A DNA stretch of 64,000 nt from Mobula hypostoma (GCF_963921235.1 NC_086097.1:237648001-237712000); one strand, 5' to 3'; shown: positions 24,875-38,640, numbered from the stretch's first letter. Notes: a model not told the origin generated them from the letters alone. Numbers and translations: made by a program.

Positions 24875-25477
24875 GGATGGTGTGGTCTTGGCCCAGAGCA
24901 TTTCATTGCAATCAGGTCCAAGACTGAGGCACAATTTGCTGTTTAGGCAATTTAAACCCCAGGCCAGATCGGAGGCGAGAGCCGATTTCACTTGCTCTCA
25001 CAATGTTTACTGCTCTCTTCGGGATACTGAAGCCTTTTTCTGTCCATTGTTTGGCCAATTTAAACATTAGCCCAGATAGACTGAAAAGGCGGGGTGTCAG
25101 GATCAAGGACAAGTGCTGATTTTGCTCATTTTCCATGTTGGTCTGAGACTGAGGCTATGAAGAACTGCCCCGGCTACTGTGCTCTGTGCCTGCTAATATG
25201 ATGAACTAATAAGTGTTGTTTTGGGCCTACTCCAGGCTGCTTCAGGGTTCTGATCTGAAGACTCAATTTTGGTTCAGAATGTTGTTGTTTGCCTCTATTG
25301 TTTGCATGGTTTGTGTTTTTTTTCCCTTCTCTTGTGCATCGAGTGTTGGTCTTTTATTTTTATGCTTTTTTTTCTTAATTGGGTTCTTTTGGGTTTCCTG
25401 CCTTGTAGCTACCTGTGAGTAAGCAAATCTCAAGGTTGGATAATTTATACATTCTTTGATAATAAATGTACTTGAAA
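24875..25477 (+). mobile_element. Non-coding retroposon with Rex1-like tail
   Basis: The 3' part is the reverse complement of 30810-30900 (gggttcttttgggtttc...ctttgataataaatgtacttgaa). Confidence 0.55.
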
Positions 25478-26065
25478 GTTGTAACTTGAGTACCTAACTT
25501 GGATTCAGATTGAAGCCCATGGTGGAAAGGCATCCATCTCCATCTTTGTTCTATTTGCCCTTGAAGCAGCAATACCTGTGAGTCTTAAGTTTTGCTAATA
25601 TTGGTAAACATTTAGTAGATGCATTTTGAAGGAAATATTATGGTTGTCATTTAGTACAGTTCAATACTGTTGTGCCATGAGTTTACTCTTGTTTACACGG
25701 CAGAGATATGGAGAGTTACGTGTGTATTACTTTGCTTAACACCAATTGTGAGAATAATCAACAGTATCAGTATATTCAGGCACACGATAATTTTGTATTT
25801 AATTTAATAAGTACTTTACTTTACTTTCCACAGTTTCACAAGTAAGATCTTATTAAAAACCCTGAAGGAACCTTCCATCTTGGGTGATTTCTGAGAATGT
25901 GCTTAACTCACTGCAAAAATTTGTACTGCACCTACACACTGCATGCATGTCATATGCCTCTTAACCACCTTATCAATCTATGTAGCCATTTTCAGGGAGC
26001 TATGAACTTGGATTCCGAGTTCCCTCTACTAGTCAACACTGTAAACGGTCTTGCCTTTAACAATG

Positions 26066-26894
26066 AGCTAGGAAAGATGGCAACAGTGGTTTTTGCAGAC
26101 ATCTTCCAGGTCCTCCACTAAACAGCTTATCTCTCTGCTCTTCTGCAATTCTTTTTCTTTTCAAGGTGGTTCATGTTCTGTCGAAGCCTGTGACCTACTG
26201 TTCAAACTATGGTTTTTCGCAAGGGGTGGGTTTTCAGATCGGCTGAGAGGCTTGGTGCTTCACTATTTCCAGGAATGGCCTGAAAGGCATTTGCCTTTGA
26301 GGAGGGACCCCAGAGATGACTCAGTTCTTTACTGATCTTGCCAGCTGAAGCGTCGAGTAGACTGGAACATGAAGACAGCAGGCAGTGCGTACTATTGCTG
26401 GAAAGCCTCTGTATTTGAGTGATCTTTCTCTCTCTTTCTTTCCTTTGATGGAGACTGATAGCCTGTTAGCCGTCGAGTCAGGGGGCTTGGAGAAGCAACA
26501 TGGAAGATTGTAAAATCAGAACAGCGAGTTGCTGGTCTTTGCTTTCATTGTTACGGGACAGAGTGACCTGTCTCTCCCTCAATGGAGAGGGAGAGCCTGT
26601 CTGAGATACCGAGGTGCTGGGTTATGGACTGTAGTTTTTGAAGGAATCTCGATCAAGGATTCTTTGGGGGGCTTTTGTTATTGTGTGCATGATGGGGGGT
26701 ACTTTTGCTGGTGCAAGTGGGGGGGGTTGGAAGAGTCGATGCTTCTGTTGCTGCTTCTGTGATGGGAGGGGCAGGTTCTGAAGTTTCTATCATTCATTCT
26801 ATGGGGTTTCTTATTTCATGAATGTCTGTGAAGAGTAAGAATTTCAGGTTGTATTCTGCATACATTCTCTGATATTAAACTGAACTATTTGAAC
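26066..26894 (+). mobile_element. Non-coding retroposon, AAGATGGC head and (TTGAAC)-like tail
   Basis: Starts ggaaagatggc; ends aagaatttcaggttgtattctgcatacattctctgatattaaactgaactatttgaac, the reverse complement of 20240-20310. Confidence 0.55.
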
Positions 26895-27117
26895 CGTCTC
26901 TTTACATTTGACCTACCAAGGAGCACTACTTCACATTTGGCCAGCTTTACATCCTTCCGCCATTTCTCCACCCATATCTGCAACTGATCAGTCTTCTATA
27001 CTGTCCACAACATCACCAATCTTCATAACATCTGCAAACTTACAGACCCACCCATCTACATTTTCATCCAGGTCATTTATTTATACGCATCACGAACAGC
27101 AGAGTCTCAGTGTGGTT

Positions 27118-28005
27118 TCATAGTCATAGTATTCATAGTCATAGTCATACTTTATTGATCCCGGGGGAAATTGGTTTTTGTCACAGTTGCACCATAAATA
27201 ATAAATAGTAATAAAACCATAAATAGTTAAATAGTAATATGTAAATTATGCCAGTAAATTATGAAATAAGTTCAGGACCAGCCTATCGACTCAGGGTGTC
27301 TGACCTTCCAAGGGAGGAGTTGTAAAGTTTAATGGCCACAGGCAGGAATGACTTCCTATGACGCTCTGTATTGCATCTCGATGGAATGAGTCTCTGGCTG
27401 AATGTACTCCTGTGCCCAACCAGTACATTATGTAGTGGATGGGAGACATTGACCAAGATGGCATGCAACTTAGACAGCATCCTCTTTTCAGACACCACCG
27501 TGAGAGAGTCCAGTTCCATCCCCACAACATCACTGGCCTTACGAATGAATTTGTTGATTCTGTTGGTGTCTGCTACCCTCAGCTTGCTGCCCCAGCACAC
27601 AACAGCAAACATGATAGCACTGGCCACCACAGACTCGTGGAACATCCTCAGCATCGTCTGGCAGATGTTAAAGGACCTCAGTCTCCTCAGGGAATAGAGA
27701 CGGCTCTGACCCTTCTTGTAGACAGCCTCAGTGTTCTTTGACCAGTCCAGTTTATTGTCAAGTCGTATCCCCAGGCATCTGTAATCCTCCACCATGGCCA
27801 CACTGACCCCCTGGATGGAAACAGGGGTCACTGGTACCTTAGCTCTCCTCAGGTCTACTACCAACTCCTTAGTCTTTTTCACATTCAGCTGCAGATAATT
27901 CTGCTCACACCATATGACAAAGTTTCAGCCTCATCTCCCTTGCTGATGCATCCAACTATGGCAGAGTCATCCGAAAACTTCTGAAGATGACAAGACTCTG
28001 TGCAG
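27118..28005 (-). mobile_element. Fairly young Rex1/Babar LINE 3' portion with (CTATGA)n tail
   Basis: 199-codon frame KTKELVVDLRR...KKGQSRLYSLRRLRSF...RKSFLPVAIKLYN; flanking duplication cagtgtgg; the same tail occurs at 34535-34788 and 51200-51322. Confidence 0.88.
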
Positions 28006-28647
28006 TGTGGAACATTGTGGAACATCACTAATCACAGAGGTGAATGAAAGATGAGGTTTGAAACACAGTTAGTACAGTGCCCTTGAACCCCTGTATACTG
28101 AATAGCAGGAAAAAGATGCAATTACATGGCAGTGGATATCAGGCTTGAGGTTTCTGAGATGTTTCTAGGACAAGAGAGGCTGGGCAGAACTGATTGAGTT
28201 CCACCGAGTGAGACAGAGACTCGTCCTACACGAGACGAGCAAATACTTTGAGAAGGCACAAAATACACAAGAAGTAAGATGTCAACAGCTTTAAGTAGTT
28301 TAAAAGAGATTTAAAAGAGATAAAGAGAGCAATAGCAACAGACATTAAGATTGCCAAACAAGCAAAGATGTAAATAAATATCTACCCAATAAAAATTGTT
28401 CAGTAAAAGATGCAAACAATGAAGGGAATGTTAAAACAGCATTAACTGGAACCAAACTTGAGGAAGAGAAGGAATAGAGAAGTGACAGCAGGGTTCAGCT
28501 CCCTGAATCCTTCATCACCACATTCTGATATGTATCTCTCCCCTAAAGATTCCCATTACCACCTTCCTTCCTAATCAGATTACAGCACTAGTTGCCTTTG
28601 TATTCCTGATTATCACTCCCCAATATCGAAAGATGGACCATGTTAGG

Positions 28648-28955
28648 GTGTTGGGGTGGGGATACATCTCTAGCAAAGGATATGCAAGATGCTTCTTCCC
28701 TCTGCTAGCATGCAGGTCACTTTTGGGCAAGGTGTAGCACCTGTTTATCCCCCTAATCAGGGTCATGTGAAGCCATGGGACCAGGTGGTGGATGATCATA
28801 TGACCAATTGCTGCATTTCACAAGTTCTGATTACACAACCACTGACTCAAGGTAGACAATCTCTGAAGAGTGTTGATAATGGCTGGGGTCATCTGTCCTG
28901 TAAAGATACTTCTGAGAAGAAGGTAACAGCAAACCAATTCTGTAGAAAAATTGGA
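28648..28955 (+). mobile_element. RTE-derived short non-autonomous element
   Basis: Homologous to 39274-39659 (gcaggtcac..tgggcaaggtgtagcacctg...ggctggggtca). Confidence 0.6.
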
Positions 28956-29084
28956 ACTGGAAAAAGGGAGAAGAGTCTCCACAATGCCCTCATTATTGCA
29001 TTGATATACTATACTATGCTATACAATAGGGCCTGGTATGATCTGACTGTGGATAGTCAACTTGATCTGATGGACTGTTCTCTA

Positions 29085-30680
29085 GGTTTTTAAAAGAGGC
29101 GGCTGGGGATATTGTGAAAGCATTGATAATCATCTTTCAAGAATCACTAGATTCTGTAATCACTCTGAGGAACTGGAAAATTGCAAATGTCACTCAACAC
29201 ATCAAGAAAGAGGGAGGCAGAAGAAAGGAAACTAAAGGCCAGTTAGCCAAACCTCAGTGGTTCAAAACATGTTGGAGTCGATTATTAAGGATGAGGTACT
29301 CAGGGTACATGATTAAACAGACCATTGTCAGCATGGCTACGGGGATCAGGGGGTATGGAGGGAAGGCTGGGGCGGGGTTCTGAGTTGGATGATCAGCCAT
29401 GATCATAATAAATGGCGGTGCAGGCTCGAAGGGCCGAATGGCCTACTCCTGCACCTATTTTCTATGTTTCTATGTTTCTATGCTTTCTTCAAGGGAAAAT
29501 CTTGCCTGACAAATCTGTTGGAATTCTTTGAGGAAATAACGAGCAGTGTTGACAAAGGAGAATCAGTAGCTGTTGTGTCGTTGGATTTCCAGAAGGCCTT
29601 TGACAAGGAGCTACACCTGAGTCTGCTTCCCAGGATAAGAGCCCATGGAATTACAGGAATGTACCAGTATGGATAGAGCATTGGGCGATTGGCAGGAGGC
29701 AAAGAGTGACAATAAAGGGAGCTTTTCTGATTGGCTGCTGGTGACTAGTGGTGCTCCACAAGGGTCTGCATTAGGACCACTTTTTTATGTTATATGGCAA
29801 TGATATGGATGATGGGATTGATAGCTTTGCAACCAGGGTTTGTAGACAATATGCAAATAGTGTTGAGGAAGCAGGAAGGCTGCAGAAGGACTTCAACAGA
29901 TTAGGAGAATGGGCAAAGAAGTGGCAGATGGGATAGAGTGTCAGGAAATGTATAGTCAGGCACTTGACTAAAAGGAACAAAAGCATAGACTACTTTCTAA
30001 ATGGGCAGAAAATTCCAAAGTGCAAGTTTCAAAGGAACTTGAGAGTCCTCGTGCAGGATTCCCTAAAGGTAAATTTGCAGACTGAGTCAGTAGTGAGGAA
30101 AACAAGTGCAATGTTTATTTCAAGAGGACTAGAATATACTGCTAAATAAAATGTTATGCTGAGGCTATGTACAGCACTGGTGAGGCCTCGCTTAGAGTGT
30201 TTCAAGCATCTTTGGGTCCTTAATCTAAGAAAAGATGTGCTGACATTGGAAAGGGTTCAGAGGAGTTCCACAAGAATGATTCTGTGAATGAATAGGTTAT
30301 CGTATGAGGAGCATTTGATGGATTTGGACAGGTACTCACTGGAGTTTTGAAGAATGATGAGAGGCCTGGTGGAAAGTGGATATGGAGAGGATGTTTCCTG
30401 TAGTGGGAGAGTGAAGGACTAGAGTACACAGACTCAGAATAGAAATACAGTACATCCATTTAGATCAGAGGTCAGAAATCAGAATTGGAGTGGAGGACCG
30501 GTCTTTAGGTGTACTTAAGGCAGAGATTGATTGGTTTGTCAGGGTGTGAAAAGTTATGAGGAGAAGGCAAGAGAATGGGTTTGAGAGGGAAAATGGATCA
30601 GCCATGATGAACTGTTGGAGAAGATTTGATGGGCCAAATGGCCTAATTCTGCTCCTACTGTATCTCTTATCTTCTTATGG
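29085..30680 (+). mobile_element. Old CR1 (RT to 3' UTR) with a young CR1 tail inserted at 29334-29482
   Basis: Peptides WKIANVT, KSCLTNLLEFFEE and LDFQKAFD; the insert matches 9275-9419. Confidence 0.85.
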
Positions 30681-30799
30681 ATTAATCTTAGAATAGGTTA
30701 AAGTTCAGCACAATATTTTGGGCTGAAGGGTCTATACTGTACAATTATGTTTGATGTTCAAAGAACTATATTTTATGGAATATGTTAAGAAAGGAAGAG

Positions 30800-31621
30800 A
30801 TTCAAATGTTCAAAGTACATTTATCAAAGTATGTATAAATTACACAACTTGAGATTTGTCTGCTTACGGGCAGCCACAGAGCAAGAAACCCAAAAGAACC
30901 CAATTTAAAAAAAAGAAAGACCACCACCCAATGTGAGGTGAAAGAGAAAAAAAAAACACAAATCATGTCAAACAGTAGCATTCCGAATCAAATTGAGTCC
31001 ATAGACCCAAATCCCCAGAGCAGATGGAGTAGGCCCAAAGTCTCGGTCACAAGTTCATCACATTGTGGGGCAAGCCGCTATGAAGCTCATGGACACAGAG
31101 TGCGCAGCTGTGGGTGCAGACTCATAGCATCAGCACCACAGAGAGACAAGGAAACATCGCGGGAGGGCAAGTGAAACCAAGCCGTCCCTAGCCTCTGGTC
31201 CCAGCACCCTGCCTTTCCGCATCTATGTGAGCTGGTGTTTAAATCATCCAGACATTGGATTGTGCCCCACTGGGCCCCAGTGCAGGGCTTAGATCTTGTC
31301 GCCCAGCCTGAAGCCATTCTCGACCTCATCTGCTTGTGCTTAGAGCGATCCAACCTCGCACTGGGCACCAAAACGTCTCTGCCTCGACTCCTCTTCAAAT
31401 CGCTTGCTCCAACTCCAAAACCGCCTCGAACACGTTGTGCCCCGACCTTGCAGTGCATCAGTATGGCTCATCCCTCGATTCGCTTGCCTCTTCGTTGTTT
31501 GCGGTGTTAGTGTACCACAACCTACCTCATAAAAAGTGTTGTTTGTGATGTTTTCAGTCTTGCCTCCTGAACTACCAATAAGGTGTCGCACAACTTCAGC
31601 AGCGCCATCTTAAACCAGAAG
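30800..31621 (-). mobile_element. Non-coding retroposon, AAGATGGCG head and Rex1-like tail
   Basis: The minus strand starts cttctggtttAAGATGGCGctgctg and ends tttgataaatgtactttgaacatttgaa. Confidence 0.65.
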
Positions 31622-31624
31622 AGG

Positions 31625-32265
31625 GGTATAAGGTAGCAAATGTTGAGTGAAGGAAGGGGGGAAAACCACGGGGAATGGGCAAATGTCATAACTGACAGGG
31701 GAAGAAACTGTTACAGGTGGTGGGGGATGTTTTAGAGAGAAATACGTATGTGAGAGGACCTGGGTTGATCTGAAGGGGCAGGAAAGGATAGAAGAGGAGG
31801 CTACCTGAAAAGGTTAAATTCAGTGTCTGTGTTATTGGGTTGTAGACGATCCAAGCAGAATGCAAAGTGATTTTATTTTTTTAATTAACTTATTGAGAAA
31901 CAGTGCGGAATGGGCCGTTCTGACCCACCAACCCCCGATTTGCCCCGAGACCAATCTTGGGACAATTTACAATGGCCAAATTAATCTATCCTCTGATATG
32001 ACTTTGGAAGCTGGAGCACCCTGAGGAAACCCACACGGTCATGGGGAGAACCTTAAAGACGGTGGCGGGAATTGAACCTGTGTTGCCTGTACTATAAAGG
32101 ATTGTGCTAACCACTACGCTACCATATTGTTCTTCAATGTTGTGTTTGGCCTCACCCAGAGACCAAGTACAGACGGGTTAGTGTGAGAATGGGAAGGGGA
32201 ATTAAAATGGCATGGAACCAGGAGCTCCAGGTGGCCATTGCGGTGCTCGGCAAAGTCACAATGTT
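31625..32265 (-). mobile_element. Old PLE GIY-YIG/3' fragment interrupted by a V-SINE (31872-32124, minus)
   Basis: Peptide LVPCHFNSPSHSHTNPSVLGL; V-domain ggagcaccctgaggaaacccacacggtcatgggg. Confidence 0.65.
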
Positions 32266-32357
32266 TACAGCACCAAAAGTAAACCTGCCCAGAGTTACAC
32301 AGGTTTATTTTGGAGCTGTGAATGTTGGGACTTTGATACAACTTCATGAAGGAATAT

Positions 32358-32722
32358 TGTAACAAGTAACTTTGGGCTTCATTGTTGATTATCTGTCATG
32401 TTCCCGATGGAACAGCGGCAGGCTTCCAAGTTTCGGCACTCCAATTCCCCGGAGTATGGTTAACTGCCACTCTCCTTTTAGTACTCAGACTGACAATTAT
32501 TGCCTGCCACATTCCTTCATGGAAAGTCTGTACTTAAAGGCCTTGGGCAGAGCACTCTGTGCTCAATCATAGGAGTTCCATTTCTAGTGCTACCATTTGT
32601 GATCTCGCTTTTGGATTTTGTTTGCGTGATCTTGTTTATTTCGAGTCTGAGTCTGAGTTATTTCTAGACTCTGCTCTGCACTTGGGTTCCACCCCCCCCC
32701 CATTCATAGCTCTCTTGATACA
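32358..32722 (+). mobile_element. Probable solo LTR (Gypsy-like)
   Basis: TGTAAC...GATACA ends; tctgcacttgggttcc near the 3' end resembles the LTR ends at 62410 and 63672; no clean TSD. Confidence 0.4.
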
Positions 32723-32824
32723 TTATCAATAATTTGAATTTATGTACAACTGCTTAAATAGATGCGCTTACAGCTTCAGCACCTGCCAGAGCAATATTCA
32801 TGGGGCAGGATTATGTCCCAGAGA

Positions 32825-33163
32825 TAAAGATTACAGATCAGCTTTGTCATATGTGCATCCAAACTTTGAAACTTACAGTGAAATGCTTTGTTTTGTATCG
32901 ATGACCAACACAGTCTGAGGATTGTGCTGGGGGCAGCCAGCGTCACCACACTTTCAGCGCCAACGTAGCATGTGCACAACCCACTGATCCTAACCCCAAG
33001 CATAAGCCTTTAGAACGTGAGAGGAAACTGGAGCACCCCGAGGAAACCCATGTGGTCAAGGCGAGAGTGTATAAACTCTTGACAGACAGCAGCAGGAGTC
33101 CAATTCCGATCAGTGACCACTGGCGCTGGAAAGCGATTGTGCCGGCAGCTATGTTACGGTGCC
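32825..33163 (-). mobile_element. Full-length V-SINE variant
   Basis: V-domain gaggaaactggagcaccccgaggaaaccca; tRNA-like head near 33160. Confidence 0.75.
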
Positions 33164-33437
33164 TCGCAAGGGGAGGCGAGGAACATCGAGAAACTTACTG
33201 TGAAGCTACAGTTCCTAGGAAATATCTCTGGAGGCCATGTTGAAGGAGGCCCAGAAAAAGCTGGATGACATGCAGCTTCGGGATTGAAGAATTCCTTCAC
33301 TCCGCTCACTCTCTGAGTTGGAACTGCAGTTTCCCTCTGCTTGGCTTCATTTTCTTCTCTTTGATCGCAAGAGGGAATCCACAGTGTCTTTTTTTTTTGT
33401 GATATACCCAGAATTGCCAGAAATGTTCTTCTTAAAG

Positions 33438-33680
33438 AAAGATAAGCTTTATTCGTCACACGTACATCAAGTCATATAATGAAATGCATCGCTTGTGTCA
33501 ACAATCGAGCCTGAGACATGTGGGGCGGCAGTCTGCGAGTGTTGCCATGCTTCCGGTGCCGAAGGAGCATGCCTGAAAATGATTGAGTCTTACTAATCCA
33601 TACGTCTTTGGAACGTGGGAGTAAACAGGAGCACCCAGAGGAAACCCACGCAGTCATGCAGAGAAAGTACAAGTGGGTTA
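33438..33680 (-). mobile_element. V-SINE variant, 5'-truncated
   Basis: ggagcacccagaggaaacccacgcagtcatg plus the shared tail. Confidence 0.75.
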
Positions 33681-35260
33681 CACAAACCAATAGTTAGTGT
33701 GCTACACTTGTCCTCTGGTCTTAACAATGTGTGCGAAAAGTCTCCTGGTGTGTTTCACAATAATTGCTCTTATCTCTGGCAACAAGTGACCAGTGATAGG
33801 AGGGTGGCACAGAAATTTGTGGATGCCCGATCTGGTATTTTAGAGGTGTTTTAAGGCCACATTTATTACCTTTCAACCATCAGGCTCCTGAACCTGTGTG
33901 AAAAACTTCACTCAGCTGAACACTGAACTGGTCAGTGAGCACAACTTATGCACTCACTTTCACAGACTTGTGTTTTTGGTATTATTTATTTATTTACTTG
34001 TATTTTCACAGTTTGTCTCCTTTTGCACATTGGTTGCTTGTCAGACTTAGTGTGTAGTTTTTCATTGATTATAATGTATTTCTTTGCTCTCCAGCAAATG
34101 TCCACAAGATAATGAATCTCAGAGTGATATTTGGTGACATTTATGTACTTTGATAATAAATTTACCTTGAACCATTGAACTATGCATGGCAGACCAGTGA
34201 ATGCTTTCACAGCACGCTGATAATCCAATATTCAAAAACCAAGTACAGAACAATTTCCACAATATTTAACTTGCTCAAAGGCTTTTTCTCAGCTTGGCTG
34301 TAGAGTCAACCAGCGAGATTACTGAATTGTTCATAGATTGTGGAAGGTGAGATTGCATGATGGGGTGAGGGGGTTGTGGTTGTGGGGCATGAAGGTTGGA
34401 AGGCAGTGGAGAAAGAGTTGGAATATCATTCAGTGATGGAAGGGATAGGAAGAGCCGAATACCTGCGGCACTACATGGGGAGTGGGGATATCATGATAGG
34501 GTGCAGAGAAGATGGTAGCTAATGCAGTCATAATAGTTGGGCACAGGAGTACATTCAGCCAGAGACTCATTCCACCGAGATGCAACACAGAGCGCCATAG
34601 GAAGTCATTCCTGCCTGTGGCCATCAAACTTTACAACTTCTCCCTTGGAGGGTCAGACACCCTGAGCCAATAGGCTGGTCCTGGACTTATTTTCTGGCAT
34701 AATTTACATATTACTATTTAATTATTTATGGTGCAACTGTAATGAAAACCAATTTCCCCTGGGATCAATAAAGTATGACTATGACTATAGGTAAATATAA
34801 CTGAAGTGTACATCACTGCATTGTCTTGCGGAATATGTCTCACATACTGTACAAAGGACTTGAAAGGAACATTTTTGATGTTGCGGACTGTCTTATAAGT
34901 GAATGAGTCGCACGAAAAATTTTCTGGAGAAATTTAATTCTGCGCCGCATCTAAAAGCTGATTAATATAATGATTTTTTTTTCCGGATCTTTTAGCACTG
35001 TGTCTTTTTTTTCTTCCCCAACCAGGTGATTATTAGCAGGAGAGATCTGTGAACAAGCACAATCCGAGGGAGCACAGAAGCATTAGCAGGAAATGTAAGC
35101 AGCAGTAAGCCCCTGTCATGTTAACTCCTTTTCCATGACAACTTGCGCCAATGCTTCAGTGAAAGAATCAATTTTAGTCACTTCCATGGCTTTCAATCAT
35201 CTGAAAGAGCTTTCAAAAATGGATGCTGTAGAAACTAAATAGGATGTGAAGAGAGAATGG

Positions 35261-38200
35261 GAATCAGAATCAGGTTTATTATCACTGGCATAGTTGTGAA
35301 ATTTGTTGACTTATGGCAGCAGTATATTGCAATACATAAAAATAAAAACTATAAATTATAATGAGAAGTATATATAAAAAATAAATTAATTAAGTCTTGG
35401 AAAAAGAGATGGAAACTTACTGAGGTAATGTTCATGGGTTCTTGTCCATTCAGATATCTGATGGTGAAGGGGAAGAAACTATTCCTGAAACAGTGAATAG
35501 GCGTTTTCTGCTCCTGTACCTCCTCCTCGTTGATAGCAATGAGAAGAGGTCACATCCTGTGTGATGGGTATTCTTAATGATAGATGCAGCCTTTCTGAGG
35601 CGTCACCTTTTGAAGGTGTCCTGGTTGATGGGGAGGCTAGTGTCCAGAATGGAGCTGGCAGAATTTACAACTTCCTGCAGTTTTCTTTTCCCATCCCGTC
35701 TAGAGGACGCTCCGACTAGATGGTTGCAACCAGTTAGAATGCTTTCCATGGTACTTCTCCTCAAACTTCTAATGAAACATAGCCACTGTCATGCCTTCTT
35801 TATAATTGCATCAATATTTAGGCCCAGGATAGATCTTCAAAAACGTTGACACTCAAGCACTTGAAACTATTCACCCATTGCACTTCTGATGCCTCGATGA
35901 GGACTGGTGCGTGTTCCCTCGACTTCCCCTTCCTGAAATCCACAATCAATTCCTTGGTCTTACTGACACTGAGTGCAAGGTTGTTGCTACAACACCACTC
36001 AACAAGCTGATCTGTCTTACTCCTCTACACCTCATCGTGACCATCTGAAATTCTGTCAGACACAGTTGTATTGTCGGCAAATTTATAGATGGCATTTGAG
36101 CTGTGCCTAGCCACATAGATGTGGGTGTAGAGAGAGTAGAACAGTGGGCTAACACACACCCTTGAGGTGTACCAGTGTTGATTGTCAGCAAGGAGGAGAT
36201 GTTATTGCTGATCTGCACTGACTATGGTCTTCCGGTGAGGAAGTCAAGGATCCACTTGCAGAGGGAGGTACAGAGGATCAGGTTTTGGAGCTTGTTGATT
36301 AGTACTGATAGTATGATAGTGTTGAACGTTGATCTGTAATCAATGAACAGTAGCCTGACTTGGTATTACTATTGTCCAGGTGATCCTAGGCTGAGTGGAG
36401 AGTCAGTGAGATTGCATCCACTGTCAACCTATTGTGGCAATAAGTAAATTGGAGCAGGTCCAGGTCCTTGCTTAGGCAGGAGTTGATTCTTGCCATGACC
36501 AACTTCTCAAAGCACTTTATCAGAGTTGATGTGAGTGCCACTGGGTGATAGTTATTAAGGCAGCTCGCCCTGTTCTTCTTGGGCACTGGTATGATTGTCA
36601 CCCATTTGAAGCAGGTGGGAGACTCTGACTACAGCAGTGAGAGATTGAAGATGTCCTTGAACACTCCTGCCGGTTGGTTGACACAGATTTTCTGAGTCCT
36701 ACCAGGTGTACCATCAGGGCCTGACACTTTGACAGGCGAGAACAGATATAGGACTGCTGGAAAACAATGCTGGAGAGGAAGTAATGGGGGACAACAAAAT
36801 GGCAAACGAACTGAATAAATATTTTGCATCAGTCCTCACAGTGGAAGACACCAGCAGTATGATGGATATTCCAGGAGTCAGGGGTCATGAATTGTGTGAA
36901 ATTACCATAACTAGAGAGAAGGTTCTGGGAAACTGAAAGGTCTGAAGGTAGATAAGTCACCTGGACCAGATAGTGTACAACCCAAAGTTCAGAAAGGGGT
37001 GGCTGAAGAAATCATGGAGGTCTTAGTAATGATCTTTCTCGAGTCACTAGGTTCTGGAATGGTTCCAGAAGACTGGACAATTGAAAATGTCACTCCACTC
37101 TTCAAGAAAGGAGAGAGGCAGAATAAAGGAAACAATGGACCAGTTAGTCTGTCCTTAGTAGATGGGAAGATGGTTGGAGTCGATTATTAAGGATGAGCTC
37201 TCAGGGTACTTGGAGGCACATGATAAAATTGGCTGAAATCAGCATGGTTCCCTCAATGGAAAACCTTGTCTGACAGATCTGTTGGATCTCTTTGAAGAAA
37301 TAACAAGCAAGAAGGCCAAAAGAGTATCTGTTAAAGTTGAGTACTTGGATTTTCAGAAGGCCTTTGACAAGGTGCCACACACAGGTTGCTTTACAAACTC
37401 CAAGCCCATGGTATTACAGGAAAGACTCCAGCATGCATAAAGCAGTGGCTGATTGGCAGGAGGCAAACAGTGGGAATAAAAAGAGTGTTTTCTGGCTGGC
37501 TGCCAGTGTCCAGTGGTATTCCATAGGGGTCTGTATTGGGACTGATTCTTTTCATGTTATATTTCACCGATTTGGATGATGGAATTGATGGCTTTGTTGC
37601 AAAATATGCAAACGATAAGAAGATAGGTGGAGGGGCAGGCAGTTATGAGGAAGTAGAGAGGCTACAGAAAGACTTAGATGGTTAGGAGAATGGACATAGA
37701 AATGGCAGATGGAATGCAGTGTTGGGAAGGTTATGATCATGCACTTTGGTAGAAGAAATGAAAGGATTGTCAATTTTCTAAATGGAGAGAAAATATTTAA
37801 AGAACCTTGTGCAGGATTCCCTAAAGGTTAACTTGCAGATTGAGTGTGTGTATGAGGAAGTCAAATGTGATGCTAGCATTAATTTCAAGAGGACTAGAAT
37901 ATAAAGGCAAGGAAGTAAGGTTGAGACTTTATAAAGCACTGGTGAGCAGTTTTGGACCCCTTATCTTTGAAAAGATGTGCTGAAACTGGAGAGGGTTCAA
38001 AGGAGGTGTACAAAAATGATTTCAGGTTTGAAATACTTGTCATATGAAGGGCGTTTGATAGTTCAGGGCCTGTGAAATTTGGATCAGCCATGATGAAATG
38101 GTGCAGCAGAATCAATGGGCCAAATGGCCTAACTCTGCTCCTATATCTTATGGTCATATACGTTCCAGGTTGGGTAAGCAGTACTGAGACAGAACCATGA

Positions 38201-38640
38201 CATTTGTGGACCACAATCACTAAATCATAAAGCATACACCACCTCTGCCTTTAAAAGACTGAACTATCCCGTCTTTGTGGAGAATGATGAAGCCAATGGG
38301 CTACAGGATTACGCCGGAAATTGTAAAGTGTGAGCCATATTTCCATAAAGCAGCAGTCCCTGATGTCCCTCTGGTACACAAATCTTGCTCTAAGGTCTTC
38401 AATGTTATACTGTACATTCACTAGCAGGATAGTTTGGAGTGGAAGCCTGAAGCCTCTGCATTTCAACTGAACTTGTAAACCAATGTGACATCCGTGCTTT
38501 CTCTTTCTTCAAGGGGAACTGCACTTGTGACCTGTGTCTGCCCTTCGAGATCCAATGATTTTGAGTAAAGATAAATTTTAAAAACATCTTAAAATAATGC
38601 AGCCTACTGCAGTAGCCGTGGCCGTGACTGTGGATTCCAG
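35261..38640 (-). mobile_element. Degenerate Rex1-type LINE (endonuclease start at ~38165-38640; RT and 3' end at 35261-36730), split by a CR1
   Basis: Peptides RLPLQTILLVNVQ..IEDLRAR...RDIRDCC, IIPVPKK...YHPVALTSTLIKCFEKLV and TGTPQGCVL; tail gaatcagaatcaggtttatt (as read on +). Confidence 0.8.
36735..38155 (+). mobile_element. Old CR1 (pre-RT to 3' UTR, with deletions)
   Basis: Peptides VPEDWTIENVTPLFKKG, YLDFQKAFDKVPH and WQMECSVGK. Confidence 0.85.
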
